A stretch of 60,682 bases of DNA, filler included, from Fonticula-like sp. SCN 57-25 (Eukaryota), in the NCBI GenBank assembly GCA_001724245.1. It is 10 parts of 10 records of this genome, joined end to end, with 100 filler letters (N's around TTAATTAATTAA, not from the genome) between each part and the next. Parts side by side here need not be neighbours in the genome. Positions count along the whole stretch, not along the records: positions 1 to 8,140 come from MEDX01000520.1; positions 8,241 to 13,994 come from MEDX01000521.1; 8 more parts are not named here. One strand, 5' to 3'. Both the position numbers and the translations under genes were made by a program. Each line of letters opens with the position of its first letter. Position 1 is the stretch's first letter. Positions 1 to 11,043 of the stretch are shown one piece after another. A model generated the notes under the pieces. That model ran no database searches, was not told the origin of the DNA, and worked only from the letters and a program-made list of their open reading frames with translations.

Positions 1-806
1 ACCGAGTGGACGCACGGCACAAAGTCGTCGTTGCCGAGGGCCTTGAGCACGTCGTCGCCGATGCGGGTCATGATGCTCATGTTGAGCACGACAAAGGGCG
101 AGTCGGTGATCTCGACGCCGATGCGCGAGAGCTTGCCGCCGACGGGGCCCATCGAGTACGGGATCACGTACATGGTGCGGCCCTTCATGGCGCCGCTAAA
201 GCTCTTGTTGAGGCGCTCGCGCATCTTGGAGGGCTCCTCCCAGTTGTTGGTCGGGCCGGCATCAGACTGCTTCTCAGAGCAGATGTAGGTCTGCTGCTCG
301 ACGCGGGCGACGTCTCCGGGATCGGTGCGCGCGAGGAAGCTGTGCGGGCGCAGCTTCTCGTTGAGGGGCTCCATCGTGCCATTGGCGACAAGAAGCTTCT
401 CGAGCTGGGCGCGCTCGGCGGCAGAGCCAGAGACAACAACCACGCGGTCGGGCTGCAGGAGCTTCTCCTTCTCGCTGATCCACTCCTTGAGCTTGGCGTT
501 CTGGAGGGCGGCGAACGCGCGAACGCTCGCGGCCGGCGAGGCCAGGGGGGAGGAGAAGCGCGTAGCGCCGCTCACACTAGAGATCGCGTAGGGAGGGAGA
601 TGGGCAAGAGACCGGGATCGTGAGCAAAGGGGCGTGGGAGAAAAAGGGACCGATGGAGGAAAAGAGAGGATAGAGAGGCCAAAATCAAGGCACAGGAAGA
701 ATACATGAAATGGTTAAGAAAAAAAAGGAAATAAGACACGTGGATATCACTAAAGACGCTAGATCCCTCGCTCGATTTCTGCCACGTACCGCAACACCGA
801 CAACAT
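1..806 (-). CDS. PCK2: GTP-dependent phosphoenolpyruvate carboxykinase, probably mitochondrial; 3' end runs off the window
   Basis: Not in ORF track. Exon1 806-790 (MLSVLR), intron GTACGT..CTAG 789-577, exon2 reads ...NAKLKEWISEKEKLLQPDRVVV...FLARTDPGDVARVEQQTYICS...AGPTNNW...MKGRTMYVIPYSMGP...IGVEITDSPFVVLNMSIMTRIG, the PEPCK-GTP N-domain. Arg/Ser/Ala-rich N-terminus resembles a transit peptide. Confidence 0.93.
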
Positions 807-1128
807 CGAGGCCAGATCCTTTCGCTCGACGAGGAGGAAAAACCAATAGAGACCATAATTGGACTTGTCCGGAAAGGAAAGTCCCCTCTGGAATCGAGCC
901 CTGATTATGGTCGGAACGATCGGTGCGTCCTTGATTGGTTCAGCCCCACGTTTAGATCACGTGACTGTAAACTGCAATCTGCAAACTAAACGCGCAAACT
1001 GCAAACTGAGAATGACATCATTCTCCCGCCACGGGCTGGCCACGGGCGCCAAAACAGCAGTNACGGGCGCCAAAACAGCAGTCAACCGGTCCCTTGGCCC
1101 CACTTTCTTCATCGCGTGCGCGTGTATC

Positions 1129-2822
1129 ATGTGGCGAGCGGCATCGGCGCGCTGTCTATTCGTGGCAGCGCGCTCATATAGACCTAGTGTTTCCCCGGCG
1201 CCTCGTTCTTTTTGGGGGGTTTCTCGCGGCCTTTCGAGTCATGCTTCACGCCCCCTTCTCATGAGCCCTGTGTCGGTATCGACCACGACGACGCTCACGA
1301 CGATGACGACTTCTAACGACGCGCCGTGCGACGCGCCCGTCAGCGAAGACGACCAGGTCGTCATTAACCCCGACGGAACCATCTCGCACGTGCAACATGT
1401 CCACGGCGGCGATCACGCGCATCATCACCATGGGGCGTCATCGACGACGACCACGCTGACGACCGTGGTGGAGGCGCAGACCTTTTACCGCCGCCCGCTG
1501 CCACCAATGCTGACAAGCTTCCAGTCGACCGAGGGCAAGAAGCTCTTTCGGAGGGCGCTCGAGGCAAACTACCTCGAGGCGTACTTTGCCCTGGCCAGTA
1601 ACTTTGTGACGCAAGCCGAGCCTGCATGTGCGCAGGGGATGATCAAAAAACAAATGTGTTGGCTTACATATTTGCGTAGATTGCGGTCTGTCGTGCCTGT
1701 CGATGGTGCTCAACACGCTTGAGGTCGATCCCGGGCGCAAGTGGAAGGGCATCTGGAGATGGTTCTCGGAAGAGATGCTCTCATGCTGCGCGCCGCTTTC
1801 CGTACGTGTAGAATGGTGTTATTTTTGGTTGTTTTTGGTGTCATTTTGTGCCATTTTTTAGCACTTTTTCCGACTTTTTACTGACATTTTTGCTCAGCGC
1901 GTCGTTTCCACCGGCATAACTTTCCTCGAATTCGGCTGCCTCGCCCAATGCAACGGCCTCGACGTCGAGTCCTTCCTCGCCGACCAGTCCTCCAAAGACT
2001 CCTTCCGCGACGCCATCCGCGCCTCCTGCTCGCGCACCGACTCTGTCCTCGTCGTTTCCTACTCGCGCGCCGCGCTCGGCCAGACCGGCGGCGGCCACTT
2101 TAGCCCCATTGGCGCGTACGACCCAATCAGCAACATGGTCCTCATCCTCGACGTCGCGCGCTTCAAGTACCCGTCCTATTGGGTGCATATTGACCGCCTT
2201 TGGGACGCACTGCAGCCGGTCGATGCGGAAACGGGACGGCCACGTGGATACTTTTTGCTGAAAAAGGCAGGTGGGAACGGCGGCGGCGGCGAGCAGAACC
2301 CGCCGGCGCTTGATCAGCTGGGCGTGTCACGTGACACGTGGCCGGCGGTGGCGGCGGCGCTGCGCTCACTTCGCGCGGGAAACGACCATTCAAAAGAAGC
2401 ACGTGCAGCAGCATGACGTCATGAGGGGTCTGCTTGGCCGCACTGCGTCACATGACGGCATTTCTGCGACCGTTTCAAAGTTGCGCGCAGTGTTGCCAAA
2501 AACAGCAACAATTTCCTTGAGCGATCACGCCAAGGCAATTATGTCTGAAGCAGCGCTTCACCCACTCTATTCCGTTGTTCGCTCACTTTCAACGGAAAAT
2601 AAAAGTGAAGATGCCGACGCGTGGATGACTGTGCTGCTGCTCGGCATGCCCACGTGGTTGAATTCGGCTGCACTTGCGCGGGAAATGGAGATGTTTGCGG
2701 CGGTGCCGACGAGCGTGAGGCTAAAGGGTGAGATTGGAAGGATGAGGCAGAGGATTGCGACTATTGAGAATTTGAGTTCGTGTAGGAATTGTGGGCCGGC
2801 TGCGTCGGGCGAGGGCAAGTAA
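1129..2822 (+). CDS. PCS1: Phytochelatin synthase (glutathione gamma-glutamylcysteinyltransferase)
   Basis: FYRRPLP, TQAEPA|YCGL (Cys, across an intron), [30 protein letters not shown] (His), [11 protein letters not shown] (Asp). C-terminal region continues in another frame after ~2410 (weak intron or frameshift), so the end could be 2416. Confidence 0.92.
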
Positions 2823-3066
2823 ATTGTATATTATGTATTTTTAGATATGTTGTATAGCAGTAGAATGTTTAATGAATTTGTGCAATTTAATTATGGAATC
2901 CAATGGGTCATCAAGGGCAATATTCACTAAATACTCAAATGGGTCAGTATTCAGTACTGGATCATGTTCATATTGGCTGCATATTGGCCATGATTCCATC
3001 ACGTGATTAATATGGCCAATATGGTTCTGATTGATACTGTCAAATATTATATTATAGTACAACCCA

Positions 3067-5213
3067 CTACCTTCTTGTAACCGCACAGTGCCTGCAATGC
3101 CACACCCCACTCGGCGGCCTCGCCAACTTTGGCACATGACAATACGTATGGAACCCCCTATCACAGCTATCGCATATCAAAAGCAGCGCCTCATCTTCCG
3201 GATTGCTACACGCGACACACCTCTTGCAGTCATAACACTCCCACTCGTACCGCCTCACTTTTGCCAGCAGCTCATCTTTCAACTCCCAGCACTTTAAATG
3301 CCCGCGACGCTGACACCTCGCGCAGTTGACGGCATCAGAAAACGCCATTTCTTCATCGCAGCGAAAGCACGCCACAGTGCGAATCTTGTGGCGCATGCAC
3401 CGCTCGCTGCTGCCGCCGACGCGCACAGCGCAGGGTAGACCGCCGCGGTCGTCGCTCGGCTCGCCGCACAGGTATGAAACGCCGTTAAAGTGCGCGTCGC
3501 AGCGGCCATTGGCGCGCGGCACGGGGCGGCCGCACAAACCGCGGTTCATCCGCGTGGTGCACACGTGGCCGGCGAGTGATGACGTGGATGATGACGTCGG
3601 CGTCATCGCCATCGTCAGTGTTGACGTCATCGATGACATGGGTGATGACGTCATTGGCGTCGGCGGGCGGTGCTGACGGCAGAGCTCGCCGCGGGAGGAG
3701 ACGACGGCCTGGCAGGGCTTGCCGCCGACCACGTGGGCGCAGAGGGTGGGGGCGCCGCGGGGGGCGGCGGTTTCCTGGGCGAGCGCGGCGTACACGTGGG
3801 CGGGGTACGACGTTGGCAGGGTGGGGGCGGGGGCGGAAGGGGGGGGGGCAGAGGCGAGGCGGCGCTGAGCGGCGACGGCTTCAAGTGTCTGAAGGTCTTG
3901 GTAAACACTAAAGAAGAGTCAGCAAAGGAAGCAGAGTGTAAACACGCTTGAAATGTACAATATAATGAAAGTATCATCAACAACAAAATCACGAATCAGT
4001 ATCAAACACACATAATCATTAATTTTGTAACCCTTCTTGACGTCATTTTCCACTTGCCACACACAAAATATCGCTCCTTTTTCAGCTTTTTTCCCTTTTC
4101 TTTCCCCCTTTCCTATCTCGTACACTTGAGGGAATCTCTCCTGGTACTGTCCCTTGACGACCGCGACCGGGTACTTTCCGGGCACGTGGTCCCTCACCCT
4201 CGGCACGCCACCCAGCCGCACGTGAATCGTGTTCGTGTGCAGCTCGGCAAAGGTCGGCTGCTCGCGCCGCATCTCGAGCAGCATGCTGTTGAACGCCTGC
4301 GCGCCCGAGCACGGCGACACGGTCGACGTCGGCATGCGCGCACGCGCGGCAGCAGCGGCTTCCTGGGCACGCGCGCGCTCCTCGTGGTAGCGGGCGCGCT
4401 CTTCGGCCTGGCGCGCGCGCACGCCAGAGATGAGGCGGTGCGCGTTCGCGAGAGGGACGACGCCGATCTTGCTCGCGCGGAGGACGAGGCGGTTGAAGAT
4501 CTGGCGCGAGATCAGATCGCGCGCCTGGCGGATCGTGATGCGGCGGAGGCGAAGGGCGGGGTAGTCGATGAAGAGCTGGCGACCGCGGAGGCCGACGGCG
4601 CGCGCGAGGTCGAGGTGGGAGACGTAGAGGGTTCCGCTCTCGTCGCCTTTGAGGGTGAAGGAGGGGATCGACACGGCGGCGGCGGCATCCTCGGCGGAAA
4701 CTCCGTCTTCGGAATAGACATCCGCAGGCCACTTTGAGATGCCAAGCGGATCATCTTCTTCGGGCAAAGGCTCCTCTTCCTCGTACTCTTCTTCATCGTC
4801 TTCCTCTTCCTCTCCTTCCTCCTCTTCTTCTTCCTCTTCTGCTTCCTCCTCCTGCTCGACAACCCGCCCGTCCTCGTCATCGTCATCGGCGCCCGCCGAC
4901 ACCGACCGCGTGTCATCGCCATCATCCGCGAGGGAATCATCAAGGACGTCCGCATAGTTGTACCTCACGGCGGTGCGGCGACGAACGCGGCGGCCGCCGG
5001 CATCGCTCGACTCGCCATCACTCCCAGACTGGCGGGCAAAATGAGAAAAAGAAAGGGCTTACAAAAGAGGGGGGGTTGCGTACATTTAGGCGAGAGAGCG
5101 AACTCGACGCACTAAGCCGACGCTTCCCATATCGCTAAGAAACACAAAGAAGGTCAAAAATGTTAGTAAACAACGCCGCTTCGCATGCGCATAGCGGGCC
5201 GTACCGGCGCCAT
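3067..5213 (-). CDS. PHF10: PHF10/BAF45-like SWI/SNF subunit (SAY-like region plus tandem PHD fingers)
   Basis: Spliced: MAP|RYGKRR..|SGSDGE.., acidic tract, AQAFNSMLLEMRRE..ELHTNTIHV..YPVAVVKGQYQE (PHF10 SAY-like), C-terminal double PHD (CARCQRRGHLKC..WECYDCKRCVAC..LLICDSCDRGFHTYC..WHCRHC). Confidence 0.8.
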
Positions 5214-5442
5214 GGCGCGTCCACAATTTTGGCGCGTAATAGTCACGTGATTTCGAAAGTCGAAATCTTTTGAATCTTTGCAAAAGAACGACTGGGGACT
5301 TTCAATATACCCAGAATGTACCCAAAAGACGAACCAAAAAAGCAGAAAAAAATGTTAATAATATTCAATTGGTCACATATATTGTTTCTTCGTCAGAACT
5401 TACATATTCATTTTTCGCATTTTCGCTTTTCGCATTTTTCGC

Positions 5443-7647
5443 TCACAGCTCGTCGTGGTTGACCTCCTCGCCCTCGATCTCCTCCTCCTCGACCTCGCGC
5501 GCCACCTTCTTAATCTCGTCCTCGGGCGCCTCGGCGTCGAGCGGAACACCGAGCGTGCGGCGCACGATGACCTCGACGCGGTCGGCAAACTCGTTTGCGT
5601 TCTTGAGGTCGTACCCCGAGCGGAGCGCGGCCGTGCTGTAGAGGATCTCGCACATCTCCTTTGCCTCCTCCTGGTCGCCGCCCTCCTCCTCCTGCTTATC
5701 GAGGCTCTCGGCGAGCGCGATGATGATTGGGTGGTTGGGGTTGACCTCGAGCACCTTCTTCTGGTTGAGGAAGTGGACGGTGCTGGGGTCGTTGACGTTG
5801 CCGTACGCCGACGAGCGCATGATGCGCTCCATGTTGGCCGTCACGCCAAACTGCGACGCGACGAGCGCGACGGGCGACTTGACGAGGCGGTTCGAAACGG
5901 TCACCTTTTCGATGCGGTCGGCGAGCGTCTTTTTGAAAAAGCCCGAGAGCTTGGTCATGCGCGCCTCGGCGGCGGCGTCGGCCTCGTCGTCCTCAAACTG
6001 GATCTTGTCCTTGCCAATGTTGATGAAGCGCTTGCCCTCAAACTCGCCGAGGTTGCGGACGACGTACTCGTCGATGGGGTCCGACATGTAGACGACCTCG
6101 TAGCCGCGCGCGAGGAGGCGCTCGAGGAACGGCGAGCGGCTCATCTCGTCGACCGACGTGCCCGTGAGGAAGTAGATGCCCTCCTGGTTGTCCTTCATGT
6201 CGGCCACGTACTGCTCGAGCGAGCGCCACTCCTTGGGCGACGAGCTCGTCTTGAAGCGCAGCAGCTTGGTCAGGCGCTTGCGGTTGCCAGAGTCCTCCAT
6301 GACGCCCATCTTGAGCGCCTGGTGGTACTCTTCAAGGAACTCTTCGTAGCGCTCGTCGTCCTTGGACAGGTCGTCAATCAGCTCGAGCACCTTGCGCGTC
6401 AGCTTCTTCTTGATCACCTTGAGCAGCTTGGACTGCTGCAGCGTCTCGCGCGACACGTTCAGCGGGAGGTCGTCAGAGTCGACAAGGCCGCGGATGAAGG
6501 CGAGGTAGCGCGGAAGCAGGTCGGAAAGCTCGTCGGTGATGAACACGCGGCGGACAAAGAGCTTCACGACGTTGGGGATGTTTTCGGCGGTGAAGAGGTT
6601 GGCGGGGCCGCGCTTGGGGATGAAGAGGAGCGACTTGAAGTCAATCTCGCCCTCGGCCGAAAAGTGCGTGTGCGCAATCGGGTCGTCGGTCGTGGAGGAA
6701 ATGCCCTTGAAGAAGGCATTGTACTCTTCGTCGGTGATCTCAGAGGGCGAGCGCGTCCAGAGCGGGCGGTTCTTGTTCACCTGGACGTACTCGGTGATGA
6801 CCTCGGGCTCGTCATCGTCATCGTCATCGTCATCGCCGTCGAGCTCGGTCTCGGTCTCGTCGTCGTCCTCGGCGCCAAAGACCTCGGCATCGCCAGCATC
6901 CTCGTCGTCCTTCTCCACAACCGTCGTCGTCCACAGGTAGATCGGGTAGTTGATGAACTCGCTGTACTTTTGGATGAGCTCGCGGAGCGTGCTCTCCTCC
7001 AGGAACGAGTCGGCGTCCTCCTTGAGGTACAGCGTGATGCGGGTGCCGCGCTTGAGCGTGTCGCCGTTCGGATCCTCAGTGATCGTAAAGCTCGAATCGC
7101 CGGTCGACTCCCAGATCCACTGCTTGTCGTCGTTGTGCTTGCTCGTCACGGACACAAGGTCCGCCACGAGGAAGGAAGAGTAAAAGCCAACACCAAACTG
7201 ACCAATCATGTTCAGGTCCGACTTTTCGAGCGCGTTCACAAAGTCGGACGTCCCGGACTTTGCAATCGTGCCGAGATTGCGCATGAGGTCGTCGCGGGTC
7301 ATGCCGACGCCAGTGTCGGTAAAGTGGAGAAGGCCAGAGGCCCGGTCGGCGCGAATTTCAATCTTGAGGTCCGGTGTCGCTACTAGCGCAGAGTCGTCCG
7401 TCAATGACTGGAAGCGAATCTTGTCGAGGGCATCCGACGCGTTCGAGATGAGCTCGCGGAGGAAAATCTCCTTGTTCTTGTACAGCGAGTTGATAATCAG
7501 CTTCATCATGCGGTTGACTTCGGTCTGGAACTGAAAAGTGTTGGCATCAGCCGACGGGGCGGCCTTGGCCTCCGAGGCACCGGCCACCGCCGCGACGGCC
7601 AAAAGGCCGAGAAGGCACACGACCACCGCCTTGCGCACCGCAGACAT
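5443..7647 (-). CDS. HSP90B1: Endoplasmin/GRP94 (ER HSP90), intronless
   Basis: Signal peptide MSAVRKAVVVCLLGLLAVAAVAG, YKNKEIFLRELISNASDALDKIR, IGQFGVGFYS, LPLNVSRETLQQ, C-terminal HDEL. Confidence 0.97.
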   Translation of the reverse strand: MSAVRKAVVVCLLGLLAVAAVAGASEAKAAPSADANTFQFQTEVNRMMKLIINSLYKNKEIFLRELISNASDALDKIRFQSLTDDSALVATPDLKIEIRADRASGLLHFTDTGVGMTRDDLMRNLGTIAKSGTSDFVNALEKSDLNMIGQFGVGFYSSFLVADLVSVTSKHNDDKQWIWESTGDSSFTITEDPNGDTLKRGTRITLYLKEDADSFLEESTLRELIQKYSEFINYPIYLWTTTVVEKDDEDAGDAEVFGAEDDDETETELDGDDDDDDDDEPEVITEYVQVNKNRPLWTRSPSEITDEEYNAFFKGISSTTDDPIAHTHFSAEGEIDFKSLLFIPKRGPANLFTAENIPNVVKLFVRRVFITDELSDLLPRYLAFIRGLVDSDDLPLNVSRETLQQSKLLKVIKKKLTRKVLELIDDLSKDDERYEEFLEEYHQALKMGVMEDSGNRKRLTKLLRFKTSSSPKEWRSLEQYVADMKDNQEGIYFLTGTSVDEMSRSPFLERLLARGYEVVYMSDPIDEYVVRNLGEFEGKRFINIGKDKIQFEDDEADAAAEARMTKLSGFFKKTLADRIEKVTVSNRLVKSPVALVASQFGVTANMERIMRSSAYGNVNDPSTVHFLNQKKVLEVNPNHPIIIALAESLDKQEEEGGDQEEAKEMCEILYSTAALRSGYDLKNANEFADRVEVIVRRTLGVPLDAEAPEDEIKKVAREVEEEEIEGEEVNHDEL

Positions 7648-7965
7648 CGCCGACGCGCAGAGGAAGGGAAACAAAAGGGAATCGCGGTGGCATCGCCCTA
7701 TTGGCCCAGCGGCAGGAGAATTGATCCCATTGGACGAAATGGACCAATCAGATCTTTTGTTCGCAATGGAACAGAATGGAACAAAAAGGAACAAAAAGGG
7801 CGGCGGGGCGGTGTAAAAGCGCGCGCGAGCCTATTGATATTGAATTCCTTGCGTGGGAAAAATAGTATCGGAATATTTATAAACAAAGGACATTTGCCCC
7901 AATAATAGCGCGACCAAAAATGCCACAAGTACAACTAAAAGTCTATATGTACAACACTCGTTTGC

Positions 7966-8140
7966 CTAGAGGTCGAGGTCGGCGAGGCTGCGCCTTTCCT
8001 CCTTGGCGACGTCACGCACGTCAAACGCGCTCACATAATCGGTTTTGAGCGCAAACACCCTCGCAAACTGAAAGTGCGTCCGCGCCACCGGGTCGGCGTA
8101 CACCGCCTCGTACGCGAGCCCCTCGACCGACCCGCGCGGG
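7966..8140 (-). CDS. 3' end of an unidentified protein gene (truncated by spacer)
   Basis: GC-rich open frame PRGSVEGLAYEAVYADPVARTHFQFARVFALKTDYVSAFDVRDVAKEERRSLADLDL* followed by an AT-rich 3' region. Confidence 0.5.
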
Positions 8141-8240
8141 NNNNNNNNNNNNNNNNNNNNNNNNNNNNNNNNNNNNNNNNNNNNTTAATTAATTAANNNN
8201 NNNNNNNNNNNNNNNNNNNNNNNNNNNNNNNNNNNNNNNN
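8141..8240. other. Artificial contig spacer (N44-TTAATTAATTAA-N44); also at 13995-14094, 19843-19942, 25686-25785, 31525-31624, 37361-37460, 43193-43292, 49025-49124, 54857-54956
   Basis: Identical 100-nt N blocks with a six-frame stop linker; genes are truncated at these points. Confidence 0.99.
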
Positions 8241-9992
8241 GAAATTGAGTCACTCAAGACAAGTCACGTGGACGCAATTGCCTCGTTGAATTCTGACCAC
8301 GTGGCCAAGATCTCGTCACTTGAGGAGCAGCACGTGGCTGCACTTGCTCACAAGGACAGCGCGCACGCCGATGCTATCGAGGCCATCAAATCTGACCACG
8401 TGGCCACATTGTCATCTCTCCAATCAGACCACGAGGCCGCCCTTTCCGCCCACGTGGCCGAAAAATCGTCTCTTGAAGCTGCCATTGAGCAGCACGCGCG
8501 GGAAAAAGCGTCTCTCGCAGCCGACATGACATCAACAGCGGCCGCAGCGGACCAATCAGCGCGCCGCATCGCCGCCGACGCCGCCCAAATCGACCAATTA
8601 ACTGTACGTACATTGTGTTTCCCGCCATTTCTAATGTCTATAAATAGACGTCTGTTTCGGAACTCCGCGCGGCACTCGACGCCTCTATGGAAAAAGAGTC
8701 AAAGGCGCGCAGCGACCTCGCCGCGTCACGTGACGCACTCGAACGCGCTCAAAATGACCACGTGGACGAGATGAAGCGCCACATGGCCGACCACGAACAA
8801 GCCCTTTCCAACCACGTGGCCCAAGTTGCATTGATCAAGACTGAACATGAGGCGGCTGTGGCGAGGCTAGAGGAAAAGATGGAGATGGCGTCACGTGACG
8901 CAGAGGAAAAGATGGGCGAGATGAGGGGCCACGTGGAGGAACAGGAGAGGTTGGCGAAGTCACGTGTTGAGGAGGCTGTTCAGGAAAAGTTGGCGGCAAT
9001 CGAAGCTGCCCAAAACGTACGCATATGAGGTTTATTGTATGATTATTGAGTAATTATTGTATGATTATTGTATGTTTATTGATGGTTTACTGTGACATTT
9101 TGTGTCATTTTGTGTCATTTTATGTCATTTTTGTGTCTTTTTTCACCATTTTTATTACTTTCATGCCATCTCTCCCGCCCTTTTTTTCCTTTCCCTCATT
9201 CTCCCATATAGGAAATCGCTTCCCTTCGCGCCACTTTCACCACCGAACGCGACTCACTGACGTCATCACTTTCCGCCACGCGACTTTCCCTTTCCGACCT
9301 CACATCATCTCACTCCCTCTGCGAAGCCTCCTTTTCCACTTTTCGCGCGCAAATTGCCGCCCTCGAACAACGCCTATTCGCCAGCGAAGAAGAACTTAAA
9401 GCTGCCCAATTGGAACACGGCGAGCAAAGTAGTGAGGCAAAGTCACGTGAGGCGCAGTTGAGGGCGATGAATAGGTCTTTGCAGGATGAACTTAGAAAGG
9501 CGGAAAAGGAAAAGAAGGTGAGTGTGGAGAGTGAGAGTGTCGATCGGATTAATTATCACTATTTGAAGAATATTGTGATAAAGTTCCTTGAGACGCCGGA
9601 GCTGAGGGTGCGTTTTGATTGGTTGGAATTAGGGGAAAGTGATTGCTGATTGGTTGGATTACCTGGGTATATTATGCTGATTGGGTGATGATTGTGGTTG
9701 TTATGCTGATTGGGTGCTGATTGTGATCATTTTGGGTATATTATGCTGATTGGGTACTGATTGTGATCTTTTTGGGTATATTATGCTGATTGGGTATGTT
9801 GGATGCTGATTGGTTGATGATTGTGTATACTGGATGCTGATTGGGTATATTTTGTTATTACCGGTTGCTGATTGGGTATATTTTGTTGTTACTTGTTGCT
9901 GATTGGTTGAATAGAGCCAATTGATCAAGGCGATTGCGACGGTGCTGCACTTTACGCCAGAGGAGCTCACGAGGGCGCAGTCGAATGTTTGA
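8241..9992 (+). CDS. GRIP-domain golgin (trans-Golgi coiled-coil), 3' part
   Basis: Long coiled-coil exons; INYHYLKNIVIKFLETPELR|SQLIKAIATVLHFTPEELTRAQSNV* is a GRIP domain split by intron ~9608-9914. Confidence 0.88.
9640..9910 (+). repeat. Degenerate intronic tandem repeat built on (T)GCTGATTGG(GT)
   Basis: Roughly ten copies of CTGATTGG/TGATTG units such as tattatgctgattgggt inside the last golgin intron. Confidence 0.85.
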
Positions 9993-10242
9993 TAAGAGAA
10001 TTAAATAGGGAAAAGGAGACAATGTTTGTACACAATATGAAATACATGTTTATTCGAGACAAGGCAATGTTAGTTGTTTATATATAGTTGTTTATATTAG
10101 ATATACTATGTAGTGCTGTGAGTACACGGTGGAATTTGATACGATACATATTATACTATTGTGTGGCATAGCGTAGCCATGTGGCCGCGCAATATGCAAA
10201 CTGCTTCTAATAGACATTTATATGATAAACTAGGCAATTACA

Positions 10243-10593
10243 CTAGCTACTTTCTACTATTTTGTGGCACGATGTTCCTTGTACTTTTCTAGCCGCGGGC
10301 CATGTTGTTGGTGGATCCGCCATCGCGCTGCATGTCGTGCGGTGTCGTGTAGAGCAGCACGGGATCGTGCTTCTGCCTAAAATGCTCGCGTCAGCACAGA
10401 AGGTTAATAAATAGAGCAAGCGTACCGCGCTTCCTTGGAAAAGTTGTCGCCGCCGAGATCCTGCCGATGCTCATCCTGATGATGCTCTTGGCGAATCGTC
10501 TGCGTGTTGGACAGCTCGAATTCGTGCTCGTGCATCTTGTGGCTCTCGTCGTGCTCAATGGTCGCTTCCACTGCGTTCGCTGCCAGGTCCATG
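10243..10593 (-). CDS. Small His/Glu-rich hypothetical protein, one intron
   Basis: MDLAANAVEATIEHDESHKMHEHEF.., GTACGC donor, CTGAC..TTTTAG acceptor, TATATAAAG ~55 nt upstream. No recognised family. Confidence 0.4.
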
Positions 10594-11043
10594 GTAGGCA
10601 AGTGTGATGGTAGTAATGCTGCGAAGGGCGTCGACGCCCACCTGCTTTATATAGACAGTCACTTACGTCATCCATGTCAATCGCGTTTCAAACATGTCGG
10701 CTTGCAAAAAGGAAACTGAAAGAAAGGAAAGTATAAATAGCATTCATATAGCCTCTTTTATGTATTCATAGCATTTTTTCTGCGCATCCTTCGCCGATTT
10801 CTTATAGCCATTCATGCCATTCAATGCACCGCCGCCTTCCCGCGCACGTCCACGTGGCCATCACTCTTCCTCTCCACCCCGGATTCCGGGGTCAACCATT
10901 GTTTATTTACCCCAGACTCCGGGGTTCCTCTCGACCAATCAGCGCAGGCCAGGTCAGCTGTCTCTTTGCGTCTTTTTCCGCCGCCTTCCGTCCGCTTCTT
11001 ATTTGTTGTCTTCTCCCGCCCGCCCCCCCACCTCTGCTTGATC

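Noticed and set aside
1042-1082. 20-bp direct repeat flanking a single N
   Set aside because: Typical scaffolding overlap artefact, not a target-site duplication.
2990-3060. TCACGTG plus AT-rich tract as a yeast-like point centromere (CDEI/CDEII)
   Set aside because: Motif is far too frequent across contigs and no CDEIII-like element is seen.
5455-7386. Long antisense ORFs (also 6-623, 25738-27693, 27921-29447, 50717-52237, 55464-56540)
   Set aside because: Shadows of GC3-rich genes on the opposite strand; no independent motifs.
1-8140. First piece is ~2.4 kb longer than the other size-ordered contigs
   Set aside because: No insertion boundary or foreign segment is visible; all genes share host-like style, so it is likely a windowing or scaffolding effect.
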